From Clostridia bacterium (GTDB taxonomy: Bacteria; Bacillota; Clostridia; Christensenellales; DTU072): a stretch of DNA of 64,000 bases. Position numbers and translations under genes: made by a program. This document shows positions 57,801-62,587 of the stretch, in pieces. The notes under the pieces are model-generated. The model was given only the letters and a program-made list of their open reading frames with translations, was not told the origin of the DNA and searched no databases. Where the stretch lies: contig JAFVAC010000036.1 of NCBI GenBank assembly GCA_017476265.1, forward strand, positions 2,345-66,344, given 5' to 3'. Position 1 is the stretch's first letter. Each line of letters starts with the position of its first letter.

Positions 57801-59894
57801 GAAGTGTCCATGCAGATCCGTCAAGAGACCGGACTGCTCGGAGAGGAATTAAACGCCACCGTGTTCGACTCCCTGACGCCCGACTTCACCTATGTGGAGG
57901 TTGCGGTCAAGGTGTCCTATACGCAGGGCAATAAGGAGATAGGTTCGATCCCGACCGACGTCGGATCCTACACCGCTCTGTTCTCTTTGGATTCCGTCCA
58001 AAACCGCGGCAATTACGAACTGGGCTATGGAGATCAGACCACCATCGCCGTCGCGTTGAACATCGAAAAGCCGAATATCGAGTACTCCTACGTCTCCACC
58101 GATCTGGTGTATAGCGGCAGGATGCAGAATCCGCTCATCAACGGCTTGCACGACGAGGAAGGCAATCTCCCCGCCGGCGTCCGGGTCCACTATACCTACA
58201 AACGGAACGTTTCCGGCGAGGACGTCTATTTGGAGGACGGCGTGATCAACGTCGGCTCGTATCTGTGCGAAGCTCAGATCGACGGTGGCAACAACTATCA
58301 CAACGCCACCCTCAACACGACTACGGTCAACGTCTTGCCCAAGACGCTTTATGTCCGACTCAAGGACGCCGGTTCGGATTATCTGGACGAGGTGGCGGAC
58401 CTGCATAGCTATCTCGAGTTCGTCGGGTTGGTCGGCGGAGAGGACGCGTCCGTCTTCGGCTATCCCGACGTGATCACCGACGTCCGGGACTACTTCACGA
58501 TCGGCAACGGCTACGAGTACGAACTGGACGGCTTCAAGATCGATATCAACCACGCTACGCCCTACACCTACGAGGTGTCGGAGAAAGAGATCGACGGCGT
58601 GACCTACAAGAGACTGGCGCTCAGACCCATTCCGGAGCCGGGTAGCTTGTACGGTTACGTCAATGGAGACGGTAGCTACTCCTATGCGTCGCTCATCTCC
58701 AGATTCGACAACTACGAAGTCTACGTCCAGAAGACGGGAAGATACATCATCTCCGTCTCTGGCGGGACCGGGCTGTCGATCAGACGGGCGGGAGCGGAAG
58801 ACCGCACGGGTCTGATCGATATCGTCGCTACCGTCGTCTCCGGGGAGAGGACGGAGATCTATCTGCCTTACGACTACGTCGGCGACGCCGTAGATACGAC
58901 GTACGGTGCGCTCCGCGTGACGGGGACCGCTATCGTCACGTTGTATCGCTACACGGACGACTCCAAGTCGAGCGCCGAGTGCCTAGGAAGCGTGCGTTCG
59001 GTCGGCGGACAGAAGGTCAAGGTTTACGAAGTGTCGAGTGACGCCGAGTTCGCCTCCGCCGTGTCCGGCGCGAGAGACGGCGCTCGCGTGGAGGTCTATC
59101 TCAAGAGCAACTTCGACGCCGAAGGCAAGCCGATCGAAAAGGACTATGGCAAGGTCGAGATGAACGTCGCCGGATCGGTGTCGATATACGGCTGCTATGA
59201 CAAGGACAAGAACTTGGTCACCTGGCTGAACGGCATCACCGTCTCCGACGGCGCGTTGGATCTGCATATTGTCGGATTCCGGACGGCGGCGGGCGGCGAT
59301 ATCTGCGTGGATATTGGACCCGGCGCCGACAACGTCCGCATCAGCGACGGCTGCCGCTTCTATAGCTATCACGAAGAGGAGCAGGATGGCGAGACGGCCA
59401 CCATCTCGGATAAGAACACCGTCGGCGTCCGTACCGACGCCAACTATACCGGCACGTTGACGATCAGCGGATGCGTCTACAGTGGCTTCCGTCGGGCGGT
59501 CGAACACGTCGGCGGCAATCTCCGTATCGAAGACACCGACTTCTCCGACAACTATATCGGTCTGTCGGTCGAGAGCGTCAGCGGCGACGTGAACGTCTTA
59601 AGCGACCGCTTCTCCGGTAACGAGGTCGGTATCGTGATCCGGTACGGGAAGTTCTCGCAAGGGAGCGTCGATCAGAGCGCGATCACGATCGGCTACAACA
59701 TCCGCTTCAATACGCTGGTCAGAAATCGCTTCGGTATCGTCGTGGACGACAGCATTGCCGATCTGACCGAACTGACCGAGGACTCCTTGGTCGGCGGCAA
59801 CAACACCGACTCCGGCGCGTACGTCTTCGACGACACCAACGTTGTCAAGGTCGCCACCTCCACGCAATGGGCGGCGACGCAACAGGGCGCATAA
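42876..59894 (+). CDS. Giant lipoprotein 2 (5672 aa), function unknown; C-terminal MBG-like adhesin modules and a parallel beta-helix
   Basis: GGAGG lies within the 23-nt spacer after gene 1. Signal peptide MKKKRLFLLIGMLLVLALCGCLVAC with lipobox LVAC. The N-terminal ~500 aa are collinear with those of giant 1. A helix-prone region spans about 50170-54900. MBG-like signatures are YTYDGTAKPL, VGSYTALF..NYEL and VGSYLCEA..NYHNA. PbH1-like beta-helix repeats span about 59340-59760. Confidence 0.85.
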   Translation: MKKKRLFLLIGMLLVLALCGCLVACSGGSSTEEEPDDPVTPSGRTLSPQQSLDKVYNGLLAGGSSIENATTYGVDTTFTVYTRPASGVGFGMLNYTLTYKANYNENYADSRIYIRAFDNNAHKDRFVVYFDGSDLYFRSVDEAYVISRFSTTMMFNVFFETCRELDMTMHFFSNDLGSIFNRNSTANLGLIVNGNNTKYRYAGANKEVVEYAGLELTILNESVNNAMENYFRGVGDKFDLISQKYLGFSVNRLAETRLNTIIADLIQTRLTNNVATETVWEIGGRLQDTSYYKIQADVGYNDGTGALVDKDAFVKSTYTEASLGQNRLLGSILIPAFSDVEYDAEIITDIHTNDNLANEISVRILDAVGTDFFSAYYRTGKAYVNVSGIDEWLDGAIDIDALNLPKVYFPDIDVSKLINAAYNNVVKSMLRAVQKGVDGTAIDRETYETVMENFGNDGVSYVYYIFTEEWYHKISGDEEPIMDKVARALGVEKAQLESYLGSDFFLDAEAELGYDLESGVVTFILREAGEDLFILHAERDAYRGVTFPADVYEGTPTYARLKLPDVITMDFSAEFAVRNGKTSTELSYVLGTLIGDPSGINSKNILRSTEVLLAEGSVSEIFYVNADGETVSDNVVDLSLYIRKNNSTERVPVVNVRTNPNDRTELLVSYYVAMGVDLSAEDNKSGLFYRLKKQVVSDSFDELLGEDNLFSETNVVTILDKILTTKGISQVSKIGGWFEFSLVVSERQDPVKELLGVADTTATVKARIKFIGPDNEIDLSGFVVPTITPLENIVIGTVYDASSAWKDRVEVIINGTLFHCQPNYFEESVTVVTGKTVYHPTAKLFGKEIGYEVVVTDEVGTYRISRLYDPIIILDPTQTSVLPDKVEVVYDNGVRGYLTCKIEGFEESNITLAGYNLSGFANVFDDSMKSTVVIGVDSIMNVSFDVYILVHNRKIIPATEGGRTLTDGNGVPVVATVLVDPYTYAMRLRDDPSYDPVKDGLRRTQAELLFENVYGQEEVPVDDSIVVRDLTYDVLGYNRFVLSDLDVAWDYDPERISWQGSSGYAYARFGSDQGEALDIAVRMIVAAQTVDHISIDDEDNDVYTIDFLQRATYNIPTQTNALHTVRIFFKGQDSVYMKYRYVSLSRPDGLTDDEYHDNYLAVTLNWDGIAREVAENPYVITASRNDQQSVSATFGSALKVGTQTVRLTVEIPERTQDNSAAEAHYVATSCVENEYGDYEFVKNNVSPSKAYFPKTDGIEYGFYEYLRINPYDSAFRIPNSVYLEVPKVSGYKAATVVKKYDVRWVTTDPNGNELNLIEEKVGGGFGLKHPVTDEMDLVVYGMIGDRGNEPNNNRNLGYVWVVMIIRNEKSQLQSIRYSGLEEGEDTIFGIDPYEDYFLPYSFVAVLESGRTIERYGVEWEVRVGEEGSYAWYPATYTPGSGAPEQYYKDGKFVFDRKGGYTAIRYVIEGDSESIRQTLSLNVEVLKRTLASDRVDIYAVEGDQPKQGYAGIDVYEEGSQKIYDRFVEIRDGDDVAGVTFVETGSYGVYVPKYLSVDWTRALPVDGDYSHSLDYLMVLLTSADAVQELLQVSIDGSMTLTGTIYTGTINEQTLSVKFSFEDRKIADILLTRMAYAQEKDAVRIGTITPETVALDPYADDEERSANRRVSLLSLGDPHVLNIRLDKPFALTAPDAQDQERYASPSAYFDYILGLVQISFTGSAAEKIVTPTLSYPKDKDAFDAEVLSPASTYGTFNFTIEKLSAGSAIDRITVNVYVLKDERLGDSDSITPELYDETGKQLYSESKPYYLPEYINVEYKNSGVVRYDVPAWKAEGVGMEELFGGEYTPIIEAKLLNVIRSFADSDKQANLYNFAYDLPCVDATYRITVYVPKKDVKKTNYRAVGETSLYDIKDGVLTIDNPYLYYDPDVEYVDGKKYGFDVSKVPSTIVPNVDGFDFWATEVTSYDVAWQFIEGVFTSDLFATGTADNLLLAKAILPAYYDYNNGEYVAQNQEINLYLKVNALSFDGISADRVNVVEQEGTGVRNVIEIDPYNDINGYAGRFNMPVNGLTVRFGAESYVFNDVMFYLRSKTGSEYPTRIMTVEYNERGHLFDRADYPDLREDGVLEFNMYLPGFGLSYDEEGEAVRDDAKALRIYLNVLSKVIDTAFVPNVVYDSLGIARRTTYVDETGAEKDVAETKYLPALYYIDPYNAATFALPTEMRVLFVGYDVTEDITISGWQIRDEETGVWSDFGTDATSDFYARTATGDSSVRYGYYNPGAYGYQGKVYDNIRGYISMGRSISNEITKQFFAVTIIVLNRSLKATYTTSYRYEDPFGGLLSYIGGETNEDMFVSYEKYYEEYFVEKGLDEEYKYSAFGTPVVPSINWAVYNEESVIEPLGGFDKEIGGNVYFGATHRDNSYVGIKAAQDERFEQLARALTFDAYFTEGGYPLAYYSANTTNNLNALSAALKNDVIYRTYELLIEKLASSDEETEKQYGNYLTNGLVNEIVAEHNYSRESQMTRIVVTMYNLLKEEYEAQSSERSAIYKLWQEVYEEFVTAGSATDPNLSEYQRLKAHYYALANDDSAPTFTEQEKISTNAPLRAAIDSRLRWYEKATIYDEVYDHATAAERAVMDRILLVAADTDSVFEGVPLVTIYRAVALDMYLQSSIASLGSVGEGTVARVTAPAITLGDVYDLTARDEHGEYPILTEFLFNLFSEEPYLTEVGVSFVANYANVYAKYIEEGIRLAVEQYRARPEAKQYSLTEYVKERVRQYVNDIVPLVDDPDKTGGEQKPLIDFTYETYGDNVNRYPDYWRALYAYHEQESQTYLAGYERYTTYQERWEMAIRAHVLRDEQYIVDEMEEIYARALANDEIPGGDPKYQTAWEGYVKLTHDYYLVEMDPPLERAIMEANAAVADNVFAFGNWLAPLTSAGGGNYGTYSTIFSRMYGDLLVEAYDVLYASLAFDTSLQARLNAEYLANSMDKGVTMHSVMSNNTLDSTIVSRANYIFLWKLGSADAWDVLYENAESVGYSRVALDYMIEVASTEKGYLRETNYNVGTGSGAAFSEDEFASYGKTVLLERIISATTNVDNKAKITAWRDAAVNPAKSAAFESFHHVILDEDHRDTDAETLYAIRDVQGNVYTNAFRYFVAGREALGDSLNASIDDLREEYYDRVVFDSSSLAVERLLSDSLFAYKQYLTQTAEQTADYKARAIAYYEEKYATHHEKAVIEVEKVKHSTDAETYDALLARADVTDALKNGLRNGYATVVLNETFDRIKVDIEEEIRGKIENNEESSDATFTNISDKNVTTFINVSASDYTLDNAQPGMIREVSIYDYVRTVFTQKTESYNTFVADKRTAARDDATAVAYESLYGSDQALFDEVLDRYYVALAADPVTAGDSIKNYLAFNAIIDLLAQEELAHYNDAVAEVTALAVASELYDDLGRFDKIHALAEAEALLDAYRAVADGFVGEERDVLNRVVSLDALFTDKTTAQALLAVAEQYELLLDREVAEEVKPLVERFLSGIKTVSDAFLSNTSTAFDAALSVAIAASYDERIKESGGTVNEKASATNGAVAIAVVLYETESASEKIARDYLSNDNLSGDFSVTGDEYRHAYVEGLKKVLSDNKYLSATAYVEKTEEGYEDSIVADVDGKEKIYATVIAKLLLTGDGPTVRKTFAEEVRAYESAVEDSLTTIAQGKLYADLGAYRMLTGDGTELFEQFKTVYNGLTAGDKSAIDRCFDSDLFTTTYASADAAYAAFLDAYDGLLQSGGTGSQEQTNRVLNLFESAAAAYRSTVSDTAVATAITDGVVTSVSDAYRLADSYDARGVVVRGMIGVAKVLAHTVTMRSGIPSSYFTTDNLAGDYTVTGASYNASYVSNLIGAIRSFGYTSAVTVSNGYLDGYKEGIYSDEESLVVLNTYVRNKLLQTYSASMTEKFMTQFGAGRTDLMTLLNEGYAMIDTDAFVTAKTSSIEARLNEYRQKAEGSRTDAAYESVFSAMQSDEDAVVKPFRTDVYATVDDYALGSDFYASRVGKYGIVIDAIGLTQSSDNYYNNAKLHILNGYKMDDFDLVRDGWRIRFASVTPTDVDFYGGAYIMTDSDGNYVLKDAEDAAGFANTLVIDPLAPILPDKVQAYGKYNLPEGGVRLYDLGTPAVEYGDLFYENVYDGQEQNDTDYVINLIDSRGRRYPVTVAVTYLDASVERISVTDSKNYGGSEDEYNTGYYTLYDEETGINRILIDPINEDIIDVENKKYVLPTEILVTYANLTNEDGSKKQAALNNVTWDDSAVKYSLTGQTDVQIRPLGYTVRMDGVEYTVRFDYSGTGSIAVSANGTAVVMRNAPGYEVFNIVLSVTDRTVTRLSVRGEERETTTFGTYDEEGAYIDVSADVHTLNPFDITYPDKLVLDFNGGDQKDYAITDWALEYGATGSFKMADIIQNNALDYHAVAQFSYLGYTIRVRYVVEDIHIEGIEQDASGERIYIDGGTIYLVAGGGSAGDQLAKNYPYLYYNFGTGARADFRKVALSFADMWLNDVSTESPGTYESVLGVLGWDKVAYPSLGLTNNITFRVEVINPLMVALLDDEYNRYVRMDYTSVPYDNNFQRANYSEEPAGTIPDAIVSLTDSGRTEFVLDKDATSYDILGKKATFRCLFDLNGSNFRVAADENGNRTKAFFVTMPLDAYLHTAVTDAVFDPTPVKDGYGEDVWTWAGNEDGDAILWKLGKELRSSDLPRLTYVYEGDVYEIKPLWDLTGLNVNRATEDGYTIYAFYYDRNGAWRELPLTVYIDKVDITEKILAAVGGNMALEYSYDAHYYRLPLDLNADVMTVLREDGSYMALDGSAVDIRYKLSSAPERDYSRTNYPIDVGEYTIKVNVFDYNAMLVDEMLFRLTITPIRIPIAAIEFENRLNNVVQYTYDGTAKPLTVESGLPYVTADNWFSSQEEKNRLVEVQRQANPGISTVTAKSYAYLELFGRVPGGAKSRLTEVSMQIRQETGLLGEELNATVFDSLTPDFTYVEVAVKVSYTQGNKEIGSIPTDVGSYTALFSLDSVQNRGNYELGYGDQTTIAVALNIEKPNIEYSYVSTDLVYSGRMQNPLINGLHDEEGNLPAGVRVHYTYKRNVSGEDVYLEDGVINVGSYLCEAQIDGGNNYHNATLNTTTVNVLPKTLYVRLKDAGSDYLDEVADLHSYLEFVGLVGGEDASVFGYPDVITDVRDYFTIGNGYEYELDGFKIDINHATPYTYEVSEKEIDGVTYKRLALRPIPEPGSLYGYVNGDGSYSYASLISRFDNYEVYVQKTGRYIISVSGGTGLSIRRAGAEDRTGLIDIVATVVSGERTEIYLPYDYVGDAVDTTYGALRVTGTAIVTLYRYTDDSKSSAECLGSVRSVGGQKVKVYEVSSDAEFASAVSGARDGARVEVYLKSNFDAEGKPIEKDYGKVEMNVAGSVSIYGCYDKDKNLVTWLNGITVSDGALDLHIVGFRTAAGGDICVDIGPGADNVRISDGCRFYSYHEEEQDGETATISDKNTVGVRTDANYTGTLTISGCVYSGFRRAVEHVGGNLRIEDTDFSDNYIGLSVESVSGDVNVLSDRFSGNEVGIVIRYGKFSQGSVDQSAITIGYNIRFNTLVRNRFGIVVDDSIADLTELTEDSLVGGNNTDSGAYVFDDTNVVKVATSTQWAATQQGA

Positions 59895-59934
59895 ACGGAC
59901 AGTCCGCTTTTCCCGCCTCCGAATAAGAGGCGGG

Positions 59935-59965
59935 AGAGCGTCGACAGGGAAAAACGCTCTTTTTC
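59935..59965 (+). terminator. Terminator candidate after the giant genes
   Basis: AGAGCGT-cgacagggaaaa-ACGCTCT followed by TTTTTC. It is preceded by a second hairpin, CCCGCCTC..GAGGCGGG (59912-59934). Confidence 0.45.
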
Positions 59966-59984
59966 AAAAAATGTTTACAAACGC

Positions 59985-60013
59985 TTGAAAAAGGACGAAT
60001 AGTGTGTTAAAAT
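59985..60013 (+). promoter_or_regulatory. Sigma-A type promoter candidate for secG
   Basis: TTGAAA (59985-59990), a 17-nt spacer, then TGtTAAAAT (60005-60013). Confidence 0.5.
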
Positions 60014-60045
60014 AATTCAGCATAATATCTTGTTAGGAGTGAAAT

Positions 60046-60348
60046 ATGTTCGGAATGATGCTTTCGGCGGTACAAGCCTACACCGTGTACACCGTCTTGT
60101 GTTCCATCTTTATGGTGCTTATGGTGTTGCTTTCTATCGCCATGATCATAATCGTAGTCCTTCAGCAGGGCAATACCAACAATCTCGGCGCTATCGCCGG
60201 CGGAGCGGAGTCCTTCTTTGGCAAGAATAAGGCGCGCAGTCTGGACGGGAAGTTCAAGAGATGGACGATCATCATCGCCGCCGCGATCCTGGTCACCAGC
60301 ATTCTGTTCTTCGTCTTTATGATCTTGCGCAACGCGTTGCCACAATAA
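60046..60348 (+). CDS. secG: Preprotein translocase subunit SecG
   Basis: AGGAGTG RBS. The 100-aa product has two TM helices flanking QQGNTNNLGAIAGGAESFFGKN, the SecG Gly-rich loop pattern. Confidence 0.8.
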   Translation: MFGMMLSAVQAYTVYTVLCSIFMVLMVLLSIAMIIIVVLQQGNTNNLGAIAGGAESFFGKNKARSLDGKFKRWTIIIAAAILVTSILFFVFMILRNALPQ

Positions 60349-60389
60349 TCGAAGACGTCCGATCGGCAAGGTGAAACCAAACTTTTTCG

Positions 60390-60422
60390 AGCTCCTGCTG
60401 AGATTGGCGGGAGCTTGTTTTT
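60390..60422 (+). terminator. Rho-independent terminator candidate after secG
   Basis: AGCTCC (60390-60395) pairs with GGAGCT (60410-60415), followed by TGTTTTT. Confidence 0.55.
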
Positions 60423-60450
60423 CGTAAGAACAGAAGAGGAAGTAGACGAT

Positions 60451-61983
60451 ATGTACAAAGTGGCAATGACTGGTGCGAGCGGCGCTATGGGAAAAGAGAC
60501 GCTCAAATACGTCCTGACGGACCCTGACATAAAGCTTTTGCGCGTTCTGTCTTTGGACACGGCGAAGGACAGACGGTTTTTCAGGAAGATGAAATCCAAG
60601 TACGGCGAGCGGCTGGAGGTATTTTTCGGGGACGTCCGGTCCTATGAAGACTGCCTTCGTCTGACCGCCGGAGCCGACTACGTCTTGCATCTTGCCGCGG
60701 TGATCCCGCCCAAAGCCGACCACAATGAAGAGCTGACCGTCACCACCAACTTCGACGGCACTGTCAATATGGTAAATTCGGTGATCGAAAACGGCAATTC
60801 GGCAAAATACATCCATATCTCCACCGTCGCCGTATACGGCAACAGGAACGAACTCCATCCTTGGGGGAGGGTGGGGGATCCTCTGCTTACCAGTGCGTAC
60901 GACGTATACGGCACCAGCAAACTCCGCGCCGAGCGGTACGTATTGGAGTCGGACTTACGGTGCTGGGCGGTCCTTCGACAGACGGGGATCCTGTATGACA
61001 ATATGCTGATGAACAACATCTCCGACGGCTTGATGTTCCACACCCCATGGGACGTGCCCATCGAATGGGTGACGGCAAAGGACAGTGGCATTCTGATGCG
61101 CAACATCCTGCAAGCCGACCGAAAAGGAGCGTGCGACGACTTTTGGAAGAGGGTCTACAACATCGGAGACGGGCAGGCGGCGAGACAGACGGGGTACGAG
61201 ACCTTTGACGACGGCTTCAAACTGATCGGCGGGTCGGTCAAAGCGTTCTTTTCGCCCGACTGGGAAGCGAAGAGGAACTTCCACTGCTTCTGGTTTTCCG
61301 ACAGCGACGTTCTGGAAGAGATGTTCTCCTTCCGAACGCAGGGGTGCGAGGACTTCTGGGCGTGGTTTGCCTCCCGACACAAGATCTATGCCGTGGCGAA
61401 GATCTTGCCGGCAAAATTCCTCCGCAAACTGGTCATAGAGCCCCTCTTGAAAAACGACAACGCCCCGGCCTACTGGGTCAAACACGGCGACGAGGGACGG
61501 GTGACGGCGATCTACGGCGGTACAGAGGAGGCGAAGGCGCTCTCCAAAGATTGGGCGGACTACGACCTCTTGTGCGAAAGACCGGACTATGAACAGAAGA
61601 AGATCTACGACAGATCGTTCGATCTCGACCACGGGTATGACGAAAATAAGCCGGATAAAGAGATCGACCTCGACGACTTACGCGCGGCGGCGACCTTCCG
61701 CGGAGGGGAGTGCCTGACCGAGGAGATGCAAAAGGGCGATCTGTACACCAAGGTCAAGTGGAGATGCCACGACGGGCACGAGTTTTTCTCCTCGCCGTAC
61801 ACCGTTCTCAAGGCGGGACACTGGTGTCCGTGCTGTATGCCCGATCGGGAGTGGAAGTTCGACCTGTTGGCAAAAAAGATCCCCTTCTTTGCCCAAGTCT
61901 GGTACGATAGCCACGACAAAGGGGAAAACTTTATTTACAGAATACAAGACGGCAAGTCGTCTTACGAAAGGGTGGAGGAGTAA
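60451..61983 (+). CDS. NAD-dependent epimerase/dehydratase-family protein with a C-terminal zinc-ribbon-like motif
   Basis: ATG 60451 is preceded by GAGGAAG. The Rossmann N-terminus is MYKVAMTGASGAMGKE, with YGTSK (the YxxxK catalytic pattern). The C-terminus WRCHDGHEFFSSPYTVLKAGHWCPCC resembles the DUF4379-type probable zinc ribbon (from memory). Confidence 0.8.
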   Translation: MYKVAMTGASGAMGKETLKYVLTDPDIKLLRVLSLDTAKDRRFFRKMKSKYGERLEVFFGDVRSYEDCLRLTAGADYVLHLAAVIPPKADHNEELTVTTNFDGTVNMVNSVIENGNSAKYIHISTVAVYGNRNELHPWGRVGDPLLTSAYDVYGTSKLRAERYVLESDLRCWAVLRQTGILYDNMLMNNISDGLMFHTPWDVPIEWVTAKDSGILMRNILQADRKGACDDFWKRVYNIGDGQAARQTGYETFDDGFKLIGGSVKAFFSPDWEAKRNFHCFWFSDSDVLEEMFSFRTQGCEDFWAWFASRHKIYAVAKILPAKFLRKLVIEPLLKNDNAPAYWVKHGDEGRVTAIYGGTEEAKALSKDWADYDLLCERPDYEQKKIYDRSFDLDHGYDENKPDKEIDLDDLRAAATFRGGECLTEEMQKGDLYTKVKWRCHDGHEFFSSPYTVLKAGHWCPCCMPDREWKFDLLAKKIPFFAQVWYDSHDKGENFIYRIQDGKSSYERVEE

Positions 61984-62074
61984 AAAGGAGATCCGCCTTC
62001 CCGCTTTTTTGGAAGTGTTTGCGTATCGTACAAAAATATGGTACAATACGGAATGGCGTATTGCGCGAGGGAAT

Positions 62075-62530
62075 ATGAGAGAAGAGATCAAGATCATCGC
62101 GACCAACAAAAAGGCGTATCACGACTTTTTCATCGAAGATACGTTTGAGGCGGGCATTCAGCTCGTCGGGAGCGAAGTAAAGAGCCTCAGGTGCGGCGGA
62201 CTGAACCTGAAAGACAGCTTTGCCTTCATAAAAAACGGCGAAGTTTTTCTCGTGGGCGCGCACATCTCGCCGTATAAGATGGGCGGGTGCTTCAATCCGG
62301 ACCCGAGGCGGGATCGGCGACTCCTCTTGCACAAGAAGGAGATCGAGCGCCTGCGCGGCAAGGTGGAGCAAAAGGGCTATGCCCTCGTCGTGACCAAGGC
62401 GTATTTCAAGCAGTCGCTGGTCAAGGTGGAGCTCGCCCTTGCCAAGGGAAAAGAAGCGCACGACAAGAGACAGGCGCTCAAAGAAAAACAGCAACAGCGC
62501 GATATCCAACGCGCCCTTGCGGACTATTAG
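62075..62530 (+). CDS. smpB: SsrA-binding protein SmpB
   Basis: I chose ATG 62075. ATNKKAYHDFFIEDTFEAGIQLVGSEVKSLR..RDRRLLLHKKEI..LVVTKAYFKQSLVKVELALAKGK is a canonical SmpB sequence. Confidence 0.92.
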   Translation: MREEIKIIATNKKAYHDFFIEDTFEAGIQLVGSEVKSLRCGGLNLKDSFAFIKNGEVFLVGAHISPYKMGGCFNPDPRRDRRLLLHKKEIERLRGKVEQKGYALVVTKAYFKQSLVKVELALAKGKEAHDKRQALKEKQQQRDIQRALADY

Positions 62531-62587
62531 ACTATTGCGGGTCCCAATCGATAAATTTTGGGGACCGAAACAGATAAAAACTAATAT

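Noticed and set aside
62531-62587. Search for ssrA (tmRNA) directly downstream of smpB.
   Set aside because: There are only 57 nt before metY, with no tRNA-like acceptor or T-arm sequence.
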